Source: Eledone cirrhosa (lineage: Eukaryota). From it: a stretch of DNA of 64,000 nucleotides. The notes under the pieces are model-generated. The model saw only the letters and a list, made by a program, of their open reading frames with translations. It made no database searches and was not told the DNA's origin. The DNA lies in the NCBI GenBank assembly GCA_964016885.1, contig OZ024741.1, positions 315,456,001-315,520,000 on the forward strand. The letters are read 5' to 3'. Below, one piece after another: positions 25,933 to 39,311 of the stretch (position 1 is the first letter of the stretch; every line of letters starts with the position of its first letter). A program made the position numbers and the translations under genes.

Positions 25933-28900
25933 TTTTCTTTATTAACCACAAGGGTTTACATAAAGTAGACATTAAGGACAGTACAGGACAATACAGGACG
26001 GTACAAATGGGAATTTCTGCGTGTAAAAAACAGAGGATGTAATAAAATAACAAAGAAAAATTCCCCAATAGGGGGGAGACTTCGGAGGGACATTTGTGGA
26101 GAAAGCCCAGTAAAAGGCCACAGTGACCCTGACCATCAAGGCAAGTGCCCTCTCCGAGTTTTCCACCTTTAATTTACAGATATATACTCAGAGTAGGCCC
26201 ATTCACTCGGGCCATTCTTGCTTCTCTCACCCATCTTTCAACAAAATGCTGGGAGGAGAGCACTTCCCTCTCTACTCTGATTTTCCTTTTCAAAAGAAAT
26301 TTGAAAAAGTCAATCAGGGCATCACCGAAGAGGTAAGTGCTCGTCTTCAGCCCTTTCAAACGTGTCCACCATACTATCTCTTTCGCCATGGCCACCAAAC
26401 AGATAAAAACTGCCTGCCCTTCCCGGCTAAAGGAGGAGGGCGGGGCAATCCTCACGATGGACTCAGATGATAGCCGGATCCGTCCTACACGCGACAGCAG
26501 GTGTTCGACATAAACCCACAAGTCAGCAATTTTCGGACACTGGACGAGTGCGTGCAGGACGGTTTCGTCGCCCTGTGCGAATCTCGGACATGCCCGACGT
26601 ACGGCACCTCCATGCCTGTAGAGTTTATCCCGAACTGGCAAGGTTCCTCGGTAGCACTGCCAGGCCAGAGATTTCTGGAAGTTGTCCATAGGCCCTGGCC
26701 CGAAAGTTCTTCCGAAGAGATTGGCTAGTCGATTTTCGTCGACGCCAAGAGTTTCCCCAATACGTCGTCGCTCTTCCCCTCCACTAAGCCTCTATAGAAC
26801 GCCGAGGTGGAGTTTCCACCGATCACATTGCCCGATTGGTCGAGGGCTGTGAGCGCCTGAAGACATTCCAGTCTCCAGGCGCTACCTCTCGGTCTTCGGT
26901 CGACCCAGGTCTGCAGCTCCGTCAAGGAAACGAGCTGGGGAAACACGTGTCTAGCAAACGGCGACCACACCTGATCACCGTCGAGGAAGAGGTGGAGATG
27001 TCGTAGCCTGAGCGCGTGCCTGCGCATCATCAGCCACGGCATGCCCAGCCCTCCACGTAGCGGGTGTTGACAGCAGATGGACCGCCTGACCATCGGAGCG
27101 CGTCCCTTCCACAAGAAGCGAAAGAGCAAACGCTCCAGCGCAGTCAGGCGAGGCTTAGGACAAGGTACGACGGTCAGGCGGTAGCAGATGACAGACGCGA
27201 TGTACGCGTTAGCCACCTCCGTTCGACCTTTCAGGGATAGCTTCCTCTCCGCACATTTCTGGGTGAGAGAAGCCACCCTGCTCGTCACCTCGTCCCAGTT
27301 TTTGTCCGTCTGGAAATCGGGACCGAACCAGACCCCTAGCAATTTAACCGGTCCGTCCGTCCAGCGTCCGACAACGCTGTTGGACGGCATGGACCTGCCT
27401 CTCCAGGTGCCGAGCTGCAGGCCCACTGACTTTTCCTGGTTGATCATTGCTCCTGTCACCGCTGCGTATTCTCTTAGTGTAGTGCCGATCGCCTCGATGT
27501 GTTTGGCGTTCGACATCACTACGGTGACATCGTCCGCATATGCTGACACGGATCTTCCGCATCCTAGAATCCTAGTTCGCGCGGGACGCCCCTCAACGTC
27601 TCCAGTTTGTGCAGTAATGGCTCGAGAGTCAATACGTACAATAGGGACGAGAGGGGACATCCTTGGCGGACCGAGCGCATGATGTTGAACGGTTCCGACA
27701 GGTGACCGTTCACTCTCACCACAGAGCAGATGTCGCTGGGCATGGCAGCAATCCAGCCTTTGAAGACGGGCCCAAAGCCAGCCGCCCTCAGGACTGCCGC
27801 TAGGTAACGATGGTCGACCCTATCGAAAGCTTTCGACTGATCTAAATTGATCAAGGACCCACCCGTGCCAGGTTCCCTAGCTACCCTCTCTACGATGTAT
27901 CGCATTAGGTGGAGGTTGTCGTGGATGGATCTGTCGGGTATGGCACACCACTGCGCCTCTCCCACCAGATCACCAACGACAAGCGCCAACCTCTTTGCTA
28001 GCACCTTGGCCAAAATCTTGAACTCTGTGTTTAGCAGAGTTATGGGCCGGAAATTATCTATGTTGTCCCCCTTGTTCGGATCCTTTCTCAGCAGTGCCAC
28101 CGCTCCTCGGCTCACAGAACTGGGAATTCTCCCGTTCTGTTGCCAGTTGCAGTAGACGTCCGCCAAGAGGCCTCCGAACAAGTCTGGCATCTGTACGTAA
28201 AGTTCATAGGGCAGACCATCCAAACCAGGCGATTTACCCCTTGTGCAGCCAGTCATTGCCTCCCTTACTTCAGCGTCTGTTATCGGCTTTTCGCAACACT
28301 CCGACTCAGTAGCCGAGAGCCGCGGCAATCCGTCGAGGTAGACACTAAAGTCCATCCCTCGATCCGGCCCGCCGCTGCCCCCGAACAGCTGTGCGAAGTG
28401 TCGCTGAAAAGCTTCACACATTTTCCCAGGATCGAGTAGCATGCGCCCGTCGTGGTCCACCAAAGATCGGATCGTGGCTTTTCTGCCACGACGCGCCTCC
28501 GCCACTCGGGCCCATTGAACGGCTTTCGTCCCCTCGTGTCTGAGAGCACGCACCCTAGCTCTGACAACGCAGCCTTCGTGCTTTGCATTGAAGAATTGGT
28601 CAAGGGCCAATTTCGCCGCAAGTACGTCGGTCGCGATGCCTTTGCTAAGCGCCTCGTCTAATTCTCTAACTAATTCTCCCTCTGCTCTTTTTTTCTCTAT
28701 TTTTCTCTAAACCTAATGGACTCTATTCTAATTGCTCTTTTCAGACAAACCACCACTTGTTGTTGACGATGGCCCCCGTCAACTCCCGCTTAACTAGTTC
28801 GATAATCCGGTCTCTGTAGGCCTTGCGCGCTGGTAAGGACGCGTTTAGCTTCCAGTAGCCGGGTCCTCGTCTATGAAGCCTATCTAAGTCAAGCACACAG

Positions 28901-31485
28901 ATCACAAATTTGTGGTCCGTGTAGCTGACTATCTTGAATTGTGGACAGCCTATGCTAGACCTATCTATTTCCCTACAAAATACTCTATCTAGATATGATC
29001 TGGATGACCCGATACGGTTTGTCCATGTCCACATTGGTACATGCGGGAAATCCAATCGGTACCTGTCAGACAGTTGAAACCATCTGAGAAGGTTTGCGAG
29101 GCTTTTACACCCTCCTGCCCTATCCGCTAATCCCATACAGTCCCAGCGTGCATCTAACATCCCGTTCTAGTCGCCCACTAACACTAAAGAGCGGGACGTT
29201 CCAAGAAAGCTCTCCAGACGCCGGAAGAAATCAGGCCGCCCTGCTCCTGTCGGGACAAAGACGGCCACTAGACTGAAAGCTTGCCGGTCTCCGCTGGTCA
29301 CGTCTAGCACCACCAACTTACCTTCTGGGTCCAGGAAGATGGCCCGTATGGCGAGATCCAAACCTCTCCGAAAAAGCACAGCAACTCCTCACCCCGATCC
29401 CGGACGGCTGGGAGATGCGTATATATCGTAGCTGCCGAAGATCGGTGCGAAGTCTCGTGTACGGAAATTATGGTTTCGCTGATGGCCACCACATCTATGT
29501 TTAGTGACCTGAGATCTTTGAGCAGGGGACCCTGCTTCCAAGATAACCCCATCCTACGTACATTGAAGTCTCCAACTGCGTTGGGGAATTTTTGTTTTAA
29601 ATGTTTGTACTGTTCTATTTTGATTTCAATGATACTTATGTTTGTCGGGAGAGTTATTGGTGTTGGTGGGGTGTAATAGTTTTTTTTCTGTGATGTCTGT
29701 GTGCTGCTTTATATGTTGAATGGGTTCTTTATTTGCCATGTTTATGGCTGTGTACTTTGGGGGGAGAGGGGTGATTTTGTTGGTGTGTTCTTTGTTGTTG
29801 CTGTTGGGTGTGTGTGTTTTGTTGTGTTTGCGATGTTGGTGTTTTTGGTGATGCTGCTAGTGGTGTAGTTGTTGTTGGTCGTGATGCTTGTGGTGGTGAT
29901 GGTGATGGTGTTGCTGCAAGTCTCCTGCAGGCTTTACCCCTCTTTGTCTGCCTTCACTTGTGGAGTGTGAAGCTAAGGGTCTTTTCTCTTTTGTTTTTTT
30001 GTGGCAGATCGTTTGCCACTTCCCTTCCGCCTCATACTCCATGTCAGATTCCGTGCCGTCTGGGAGGGGTATGAGCTCCACTGCTGTTGGTGGTGTTACT
30101 GGAACCCGCTCCGACGTTTTGCCGCCGGTGTGGCTACTGCGATTGTTGGTGTTGCCGCCACTGCTGTCACTGCTTTAGTTGTCCGTGGCCTAGGTATGAG
30201 TGCCACGGACGTTGCCCTCCTTCTCACCATGGAAGGGTCTTCTGCTTCTGTTGCTTGCTCTGCTCTTGGTAGTAGCGGATCAGGCGTCGGATGGAGGGGG
30301 GGGGTCTATTCTTGGCAGTCTTCTGCGGGCAGAAGGCCCTGAGGTGAACCTTCTGCCCACAGAGATAGCACTTTGGGCGCCTTCCTTCCACCCTTATAGG
30401 GAATTGGAGCCCTTCTTCGAGGTCTATGATGTCTGGGATGGCCTCATTGCACTCCTGGTCAGTCTGTATTAGCATTTGCATGCCTATTCTTGACCAGTTC
30501 TCTCTTTCCATTCTCTGTATTTGCAGTATGGTAGTCTTCTCCTCGATTCCAGCCAGTACAGACGCGGCCAGCCAAGGTATGGGAACGTCGGGCGGGACCT
30601 GGGTCACTTTGACCCTCACATTTTTTCTGCCCGTAGTAGGAGGGCACCAAGACTATCTCCTCACTCTTTATGGTTTCCAAAGAGTGAGACTTCCCCTCTT
30701 GTGGGGTGGCTAAAAGTACGTCTACTGTGGCGTACTTTCTGCCTCGTGTGATGTGGGTTTTGGGCGCCAAGACGCACCCCAAGGCCTTTTGGATTTGAGC
30801 CTCCGTGGCTTTCTCCACCCGATGTGACATTTTGCTTACGGTGCGGTAAGTCACCGTCCGTAGCTGCTGGTTCTTGAAAAAATCGGGTGGAGGTTTCAGG
30901 AAAATTCTATTGGCGTTTTTTGCACCATGGCACTTGCGACTGCCATCTCCGCCTCTCTGACTAACACTGTTTCGATATTTCGGGCCACACCTGCAAAAGA
31001 AGTGGTCCCTTTTTCAGCAGCACCACTATTGCTGCTGCTACTGGTCTTACTGGTGGTGCTGAGATCGCTGTTACAGTTATCGATGTCATTGTTGATGTTT
31101 AAGTTGGTACAGTTGTTGGTGTTGTTGTTATTGGTTTCGTTGATACTTTTGCTGTTGTTACTGTTATTGTGGCTGTTGTTATTATTGTTGTCTTTCTTGA
31201 TACTGTTCCTACAACTATCGTTGTTGTGGCTGTTGTTATTGTCATTGTTATTGTCGTTCTCGACCTTACCGCTGTTATTTTTGTTGTTGCTGTTGTTATT
31301 GATGGTGTTGTTGTTGGTGTTGTTTGTGTTAGAAATATTTGGTAATTTTAAATCTGTAACAATATCATTAAAAATGATATTGTTCCTCTTTTCCTTCGTA
31401 ATATTTTCTTTTATATTTACCTTCGCTAGAACGCTGTCTTGTTGATATGTTGACAGTCTCCCTCTCTCTGTGTTGTCTGAGAGCG

Positions 31486-31516
<31 letters not shown>

Positions 31517-31748
31517 ACTTGTGTTATCCATGTTGAAAGAAAATTTTCTTTTTCAAATAATATTTTTACATAATACGACACCCCGTAAAGAGGTGCCGTA
31601 TTATTTATGAGTGAACCCCTGTATTAGGTGGGTCACTTCTTCTAGTCTTTTATCAAGTTTAAAACTCGAATAAAAGGTTTAGAACGGTTGAAAATGAGGT
31701 AAACTGTTGAAAAAAACTGAACGCGATAAGGAGCGTGGCTTCACCTTC
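25932..31748 (-). mobile_element. Tx1/L1-like copy 3, near full length, frameshifted; divergent ORF1
   Basis: ORF2 fragments with QGCPLS, AYADDV and a C-terminal Cys-His motif; ORF1 knuckle CYLCGQKVHLRAFC; (AAT)n on both sides. Confidence 0.92.
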
Positions 31749-31770
31749 AAATAATAATAATAATTATTAT

Positions 31771-34700
31771 TTCATTTATTAGCCACAAGGGCCGACATGT
31801 AGGGGACAAAAGTAAGACAGGGACACTGGGCGTTTACAATAAGGTCGAGTAAAAGTGCACAATGGCAAGACTAATTTAACAATGTAGATATACAAATCTA
31901 AAATAAACTATGCATAAATATAACAAAATAAATTCCCCGATAGGAGATGGACGACCCAGGGGTGACTCATGTACCCCACCAATCCTGAACCACCCTGCGC
32001 TTCTAGGGCACCCTGGGAGAGAACCCCTCTCCTCAAGTTAGCTAACCTATTGGCGCATAGTCAGAGTAGGCCCATTCACACGGGCCATTCTCGCCACATT
32101 CATCCACCATTCAGCAAATGTACTGGAGGGCAGAACTTCCCTCTCCACCCTCACCTTCCTTTCCAGGTGAAACTTGAAGAAGTTGATGAGGGATTGGCCG
32201 AAGAGAAAAGTCTTCAGTCCTTTTAATCTGGTCCACCATATAACCTCTTTCGCAACTGAGGAAAATTTCCTGCTCTTCCTGACCTAAGGAAGGTGGCGGG
32301 TCAATCTTCACTATGGACTCGGCCGATAGCCGGATTCGTTCCACACGCGGCAGCAGTTGTTCGACATAACTCCACAAGTCAGTAATGCACAGACATTGGA
32401 CAAGTGCGTGCAGAACGGTTTCTTCGTTCTGTGCGAATCTTGGGCAGGTCCGTCTGACAGCACTTCCATGCCTGTAGAGTTTATCCCGAACCGGCAGTGC
32501 CCCCCGGTAGCACTGCCAAGCGAGGGATTTCTGAAAATTGTCCATCGTCCCCGGCTCGAAAGTCCTCCGGTGCAGTTTGGTCATTTCGACTTCGTCGAAG
32601 CCCAGAGCTTCTCCGAGTGCGTCATCGCACTTGCCTACCACTAATCCTCTATAGAACTCGACAGTGGAAGTTCCACTGAACGCATTTCCCGCCTGGTAGA
32701 GGGCAGTGAGTGCCTGGCAATATTCCAGATGCCAGTCACCCAGTCTCGGTCTCTTCTTGACTCAGGACTGCAGCTCAGTCAAAGAAACGAGCTGCGGAAG
32801 GCCCGTCTGATAAACGGTGACCACACCTGTTCACCGTTTAGGCAGAATATCTGGAGATGTCGCAGCCTCAACGCATGTCTGCGCATCATTAGCCACGGCA
32901 CGCCCAGCCCTCCGCGTAGAGGGTGCTGGCAGCAGATGGACCGCCTCACCAACGGAACTTGTCAAGAATTAGAAGAGGAGCCGTTCCATCTTGACGAGGC
33001 GCGGACGGGGGCAAGGCACGACGGTCAGGCCGTAGTAGGTGACGGACGCGATGTACGCATTCGCCACCTCCGCGCGACCTTTCAGTGATAGCTTCCTCCC
33101 AGCCCATTTTTGGGAGAGACTGGCTACTCTGCTAGTTACCCGTCCCAATTCTTTTCCACCTGGAGGTCTGGTCCAAACCAAACCCCGAGCAACTTTACCG
33201 GTCCGTCCGTCCAGCGCCCCACGACGCTGTTGGACGGCATGGGCTTGCCTCTCCAGGTTCCGAGCTGCAAGCCCACCAACTTTTCCGGGTTAAGTTTGGC
33301 TCCTGTCAACCTTTCATATTCCTTCAATAAGGTGCCGACCACCTCGATTTCCGAGGTGTCCGACACCATCACGGTGATGTCGTCCGCATAAGCCGACACC
33401 GCCTTTCCACGTCTCGGTTCGAGTGGGATGCCCTGCAAAGCTCCCGCTTCCGCAGTAAAGGCTCGAGAATCAATACGTACAGAAGGGAAGAGACAGGGTA
33501 CCTTTCGGGAGAGCCGAATGGAGCCGAAATGGTTCCGAGAGGTGGCCATTAACCTTGACCACTGAGCATGTGCCGCTGTGCATTGCAGCGATCCAGCTTC
33601 TGAAGACAGGGCCGAAGCCACCCGCTTTGAGGACAAACTCCAGATACCGATGGTCGACCCTATCGAATGCTTTCGATTGATTTAAGTTTATCAGTGCCCC
33701 ACTGAAGCCAGGTTTACACCCTACCCTCTCTATGATGTATCGCATGAGGTGGAGATTGTCGTGTATGGACCTGGCTGGGATTGCGCAAGTTTGCGCCTCC
33801 CCAATCAAATCCTCGACGACAAGCGCCAATCTCTTTGCTACACCTTGGCCAAAATCTTAAACACTGAGTTGAGTAGAGTTATGGGCCTGAAGTTGTCTAA
33901 TGTATCCCTCTTGTTCTCGTCTTTCCTTATCAGCGTCCCCACTCCCATGCTCACAGAACTGGGAATACTCCCATTCTGCTGCCAGTTGCAGTAGAGTGCT
34001 TCGAGGAGATCGGAAAACAAGTCTGGCATATTTACGTAAAGCTCGTAGGGCAGGCCATCCAAACCGGGTGACTTGCGCCTCATGCAGCCGACAAGGGCGT
34101 CCTGAATTTCGGCTGAAGTAATCGGCCTTTCGCAGCGCTCAGCGTAGACCGTCGAGATGCGTGGCAAGCCGTCAAGGTAGGGACTGAAATCCGCTACTCT
34201 CTCTGACTCGCCACTCGCTCTGAACAACCGAGCAAAGTTCTGGCGAAAGGCCTCACACATCCACTTGGTATCGCTTATCTCGTATCCGTCTCGGTCCGCC
34301 AAAGACCTCATTGTGGTTTTATTACCACGCTGCGCCTCCGCCACGCGGGCCCATCGAACAGCTTTGGTTCCCTCGTTTCTCAGCGCACGCGCCTTAACTC
34401 TGAAAATGCAACCTTCGCGTTTCGCATTGAAGAAATGGTCTAATGCCATTCTCGCCACTAGCACGTCAGTTGCAATGCCACTACAAATAGCCTCGTCTAA
34501 CTTATCTACCAGCGCTCCCTCCTTTCTATTTTTCTCTAACGCTAGTTTTTTGCTGAACTCTATCGAAGTTACTCTAATCTCTCTTTTGAGGGCCCCCACC
34601 ATCTGTTGTTGATGATCCCCCCTGTCAACTTTTTCTTAAGTAAATTGTTGACTCGGTCCCTGTAAGCCTTACGTGCCGGAAATGACATGTTCAGCTTCCA

Positions 34701-35750
34701 GTAACCCGGTCCCAACCTACGCGTTTTATCTAGTTCGACCATACAGATCACAAATTTATGATCTGTATAGGCGACCGTTTTAAAAAGTGGGCAGCCTACA
34801 CTATTTCTATCTATTTTCCTAATGAAGATCCTGTCTATATACGATCTAGATGACCCATGCGGTTGGTCCATATCCATACTGGCGCATTGGGGAAATCTAG
34901 TCGATACCTGTCAGACAGTTGGAACCTGCTTATTAGGCGCTTGAGGCTTTTGCACCCCCCGCTCCTATCAGCTACCCCCACACAATCCCATCGTGCGTCT
35001 AAGATACCGTTCCAGTCCTCCGCTAGCAGTAAAGGGCGAAACAAACCCAGAAAGATCTCCAGGCGCCTAAAGAAGTCCGGTCGTCCGGCCCCTGTAGGGG
35101 TGTAGACGACCAGCAGTCTAAAGCACCACCTTCGCTACTGCTCACATCCAAGACCACCAACTTACCATCCGGGTCCCGGAAGATCGACCTTACCTCGAGA
35201 TCCAGTCCTTTCCGAAACAGCACTGCCACCCCACCGTCTATTCCCGGTCTGCTAACAGATGCGAAGATCTGATAGTCGTCGAAACGGGGGCTAGTGCGCG
35301 CGCGTCGGAAATTCTGGATTCGCTGACGCCAATCACATCCATTTCCAGCGACCGGAGGTCGTTGAGCAGGCGACCCGGCTTCCAGGGTGACCCCAGGCCG
35401 CGAACATTTAAACTTCCTACTCTTAATATAGCCCTGTTGTCTAGCTAAAAGAGAGAGGGAATGTTTACTTACCCCCCCGGGGTCTTGTGATGGTCGGGTG
35501 GTTCGACCTCCATGGTTAGTGGGGTTTCTTTTGGGAACTCCTTTAAAAGTCTCGATGTGGGTTTCACATTCGGGGTTCCCACGTCTTGAGGAAAGCTCTC
35601 CCGAATTTCTTTGAAGGAATCGAGTGACATCCGGACCAGAAGCAAATCTTGTGGCACGCAAAATGTGCTCATTTCAAAGATCTCCCCCTCTGTTTGGATG
35701 TCCTCACTTCGTGCTAAGAGGGCCATCAGTTTATCGTTGGCGCTACTGAA
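31771..35750 (-). mobile_element. Tx1/L1-like copy 4 (divergent subfamily), 5'-truncated within ORF1
   Basis: APE (DWNGILD, SRSYIDR, GPGYWKLN), RT (NFRPITLLN, AYADDI); different 3' UTR. Confidence 0.9.
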
Positions 35751-35794
35751 TAAGGCATGCTTGTTGGGAACAGCAGGAACCCTCCGATACATCC

Positions 35795-35832
<38 letters not shown>

Positions 35833-35918
35833 GTTATTGTTATTCCTTGAATCTCAGTCATTGATGTTGGTTAACTGGAAAGTCCATTGGATTGAATATC
35901 AAGCCACTACCTGCAGCC

Positions 35919-38900
35919 TCAGATATTCAGGACGTATCGGAGGGTTCTTGCTGTTCCAAGCAAGCATGCCTTTTGAAGCGTTCCAAAAAGCGTGAAGGGG
36001 CCGATTTTCTTTAACCATCCCTGGAAACCTTTGGAGATAGTCCCCAGTGCGCCTATGACAATCGGGATCACTTTGACTTCATGGCAGTTCCAAATCCTTT
36101 TCACCTCCCACTTTAGGTCCTGGTATCGGTTAATTTTCTCCCTCTCCTTCTCTTGCACTCTCGTGTCGAACGGGCAGGCCACATCCACAATCAGGCACGA
36201 TCTTTTTTCTTTGTCCACAACCACCAGGTCAGGTCTATTGTGTTCCAGTTTTTTGTCCGTCTGTATCCTAAAATCCCACAGCACCTTCACCTGACTGTTC
36301 TCCATCACCGCCTCTGGCCTATGCTCATACCATTTCTCAGAATGTGGTAGATTGTTTACTTTGCACAGGTGCCAGTGGATCACCCTGCCCATCACATCGT
36401 GTCTCCAGCCCTTATAGTGGGTCTGGGCTAGGTGTTTACACTCGGACACAATGTGAGCCACAGTCTCCTCTCTCTCTCCACAGATCCTGCACAGTGGGCT
36501 AGCCTCCTCCTTGTAGATATGGTGCTTCAACCACTTCGTTTTGAGGGCCTGCTCCTGCGCAGCCATTAGCATTCCTTCTGTAGCCTTTTTGAGGTCTTCT
36601 CTTCTCAACCAGTTCCATGTCTGTGGATCTCTAAATTCAGTTTTCTCAAAGAAGGTACTATGAAGGGATTTTCCCTTAAGGCTGCTCTTCCTCCTTGATG
36701 TTATTTCCTCCTTGGACATCCCCTGGCCTACTGTCCCCTCCTTCAGTACAGTTCTGAGCATTGGCTCCTTACTATAGGTCACGTATTTGTATAGGTTGTT
36801 TTTCTCCATCTGAACACAGTCCTCTATGCTGATAAGACCTCTTCCACCCTCAGATCTCATTAGGTAGAGTCTATCGACATCACTCCTCTTGTGGAACATG
36901 TTGTAGATAGTCAATAGCTTCCTAGTCTTCCTATCCATTTCTTTTTGTTCAGCAACATTCCATCTCAGAATTCCAGCACTGTACCTAATAATAGACACAG
37001 CTCGGGAATTTACTGCGCTTATGGCATTTCTGCTGTTCAGATGTGACTTCAATACGCTCCTTACTCTCCGAATGTATTCAGTTCTTAACAATTCCTTCAT
37101 TTTTTTATTCTTTATGCCATCAGCCTCCAGAACGCCCAAATACTTGTATCCTTCCTCAGAGTCAATTTCCTTTATCATCTCACCTGTTGGTATCTGGATC
37201 CCGTTACTTCTGCTCAACCTACCCCTCTTCATCACAATGACTCCACATTTACCAATACCAAACTGCATACATATATCACTGCTGAAAATACGGACAGTGT
37301 CAACAAGCACATCCAACTCCTTCTCACTTTTCCCGAAGAGCTTAAGATCGTCCATGAAGAGGAGGTGATTGATGGTAAGCTCTCCCCTTCCCAACTTGTA
37401 TCCTGCTCTCACTTTTCGCAGCATAATGGTCAAGGGCATCAGGGCAAGGACAAACAACAGAGGGGACAGGCTATCTCCCTGGAAGATACCTCTCTTGATC
37501 TTCACGCTTCCCAAGGATACTCCAGTTGATGTCAACTCTGTCTCCCAGGACCCCATACTCCTGCCCAGCAACTGTCTGATGTTATCCGCCACCCTTGAGA
37601 CCTCCAGGCTTTTGGTGATCCAGGAATGAGGCACCATGTCAAATGCCTTTCTGTAGTCTATCCATCCCATGGCAAGATCAGTGTGTCTCCTCCTGCAATT
37701 CCCCATTACCATCTTATCAATAAGCAACTGGTCCTTTGTACCACGTGACTTCTTTCGGCATCCTTTCTGTTCGTCCGGTAACAAGTTGTTTGTGTGGAGG
37801 TGATGGTAGATTTCCTCAGACACAATGCTCGTCAACAGTTTCCACATTACGGGCAGACATGTGATAGGTCTATAGTTGGTAACATCATTACCCTTGATTC
37901 GGTCTTTCATTATCAGAACTGTGGTACCTTTTGTCAACCACTCTGGCACCTCACCCGACACCAAGCAGTCATTGAACATGGCCGTCAGCTTCGGGTGGAG
38001 GGATGTTAAATGTTTAATCCAATACCCCTGCACACCATCTGGGCCTGGTGATTTCCAGTTGGTTAGTTTTTTGGCTTGCCCCTTAAGAGTTTCAACTGTG
38101 ATACTCAACTCAGTTTGTTGTTGTGCCTTCTCACCGATCTCCCTCTGTACTGTCTCAATCCACCCTGCCTGGGCATTGTGTCTAACATCCTGCTCCCATA
38201 TTCCTCTCCAGAATGTTTTAGCTTGTTCCGCCCCAGGGATCAAGTCGTTGCCTCTTTCTTTCCCCTCAAGCTGTCCAAACAGCATCTTCTGGTTGTTGTC
38301 GAACATGCGGTTCTGTTTATACTGACTGACTCTGTTCTCGTATCGCCTGATTTTGGCACTGTTTGCTACAATGCGTTGCTTCAATTCCTCTATGATAATA
38401 TTTAGCTTTTTACTCCTAGTTTTGTATTTTATTTCCAGTCTATTTTTAGTGCCTATGTTTTTTAGTGTCCCATTCAGTAGTGACTCAAGCTTTCCTATGT
38501 CATTTCTCATTTCCCCGATTTGCCCACTCAGTCGCTTCTTCCACCACGGCTCTGCTCTTTCTTGTCTGTTGTTTCCTCTCGCTTTTATACCAAGTAGTTT
38601 CCTCACCGTATTTGCTGTTGCTTTGAGGATATTGTTGCTCTGGTGAAGACTCCTCGCCTCAAGGTATGGGATGACTTTGTTTACCTTAGCTGTTGTTTCT
38701 TTTAACTTTTTCCTGTCTACAAATCTTAGATTCATAGGTCTCCCACTATCATTGTTCAATTCATCTACCACTAGATTTAGGATGTCAACCGAATCTTGTC
38801 CTAGCCCGTCAGCATTCATCTCCTCAGTGGCCGTATCTCTGTTCCAGGTATTATTTATCTCAGTATTCAGATCATTGTCTGCTTCGGGTGGTTCCTCCGT

Positions 38901-39311
38901 TCTCAGGTCCTCCTCACCTTCATTTCCCACCGGCTCGCTTGTCTGGCATACTACACCCGCCATCTCCAAGCCATTCTCTCTGCTCAGTTCCTCCAGTTCC
39001 AGCTCGCTTATCCACCCATTAGTTCTTATTACCCGAGCCTGCCCGGCCAATTTTTGTTCATCTAATTTAAATAAACCAATCTCGTTCCAGATGTTATGCA
39101 TCCGTCTCCTGTAGCCCCTCTCCTTGGGGTTACTTTTCAGGTAGCATTGCATAACAGTTCTATTCAATTCTTTCGTCCAGTTGGTTCTGGCCCCTTTCCT
39201 TCTTCTTCTTCCTCCAACATCAGCAGTATTTGGTTGACAGTCAGGTTCCTGCTGCTGAGCCAGGGGGCACCTGTTGGGTGAGAGTCTGTCACATGACGTT
39301 CTAGTCTCCAT
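35919..39311 (-). CDS. Intact 1130-aa reverse transcriptase / CCHC / restriction-like endonuclease protein (R4/Dong-like)
   Basis: KSPGPDG, NYRPITCL, DYRKAFD, QGDSLSP, FMDD, YKYLG, CRICG..H..SEC, RHD, RPD..DVACP, K..RY. Confidence 0.95.
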   Translation of the reverse strand: METRTSCDRLSPNRCPLAQQQEPDCQPNTADVGGRRRRKGARTNWTKELNRTVMQCYLKSNPKERGYRRRMHNIWNEIGLFKLDEQKLAGQARVIRTNGWISELELEELSRENGLEMAGVVCQTSEPVGNEGEEDLRTEEPPEADNDLNTEINNTWNRDTATEEMNADGLGQDSVDILNLVVDELNNDSGRPMNLRFVDRKKLKETTAKVNKVIPYLEARSLHQSNNILKATANTVRKLLGIKARGNNRQERAEPWWKKRLSGQIGEMRNDIGKLESLLNGTLKNIGTKNRLEIKYKTRSKKLNIIIEELKQRIVANSAKIRRYENRVSQYKQNRMFDNNQKMLFGQLEGKERGNDLIPGAEQAKTFWRGIWEQDVRHNAQAGWIETVQREIGEKAQQQTELSITVETLKGQAKKLTNWKSPGPDGVQGYWIKHLTSLHPKLTAMFNDCLVSGEVPEWLTKGTTVLIMKDRIKGNDVTNYRPITCLPVMWKLLTSIVSEEIYHHLHTNNLLPDEQKGCRKKSRGTKDQLLIDKMVMGNCRRRHTDLAMGWIDYRKAFDMVPHSWITKSLEVSRVADNIRQLLGRSMGSWETELTSTGVSLGSVKIKRGIFQGDSLSPLLFVLALMPLTIMLRKVRAGYKLGRGELTINHLLFMDDLKLFGKSEKELDVLVDTVRIFSSDICMQFGIGKCGVIVMKRGRLSRSNGIQIPTGEMIKEIDSEEGYKYLGVLEADGIKNKKMKELLRTEYIRRVRSVLKSHLNSRNAISAVNSRAVSIIRYSAGILRWNVAEQKEMDRKTRKLLTIYNMFHKRSDVDRLYLMRSEGGRGLISIEDCVQMEKNNLYKYVTYSKEPMLRTVLKEGTVGQGMSKEEITSRRKSSLKGKSLHSTFFEKTEFRDPQTWNWLRREDLKKATEGMLMAAQEQALKTKWLKHHIYKEEASPLCRICGEREETVAHIVSECKHLAQTHYKGWRHDVMGRVIHWHLCKVNNLPHSEKWYEHRPEAVMENSQVKVLWDFRIQTDKKLEHNRPDLVVVDKEKRSCLIVDVACPFDTRVQEKEREKINRYQDLKWEVKRIWNCHEVKVIPIVIGALGTISKGFQGWLKKIGPFTLFGTLQKACLLGTARTLRYVLNI

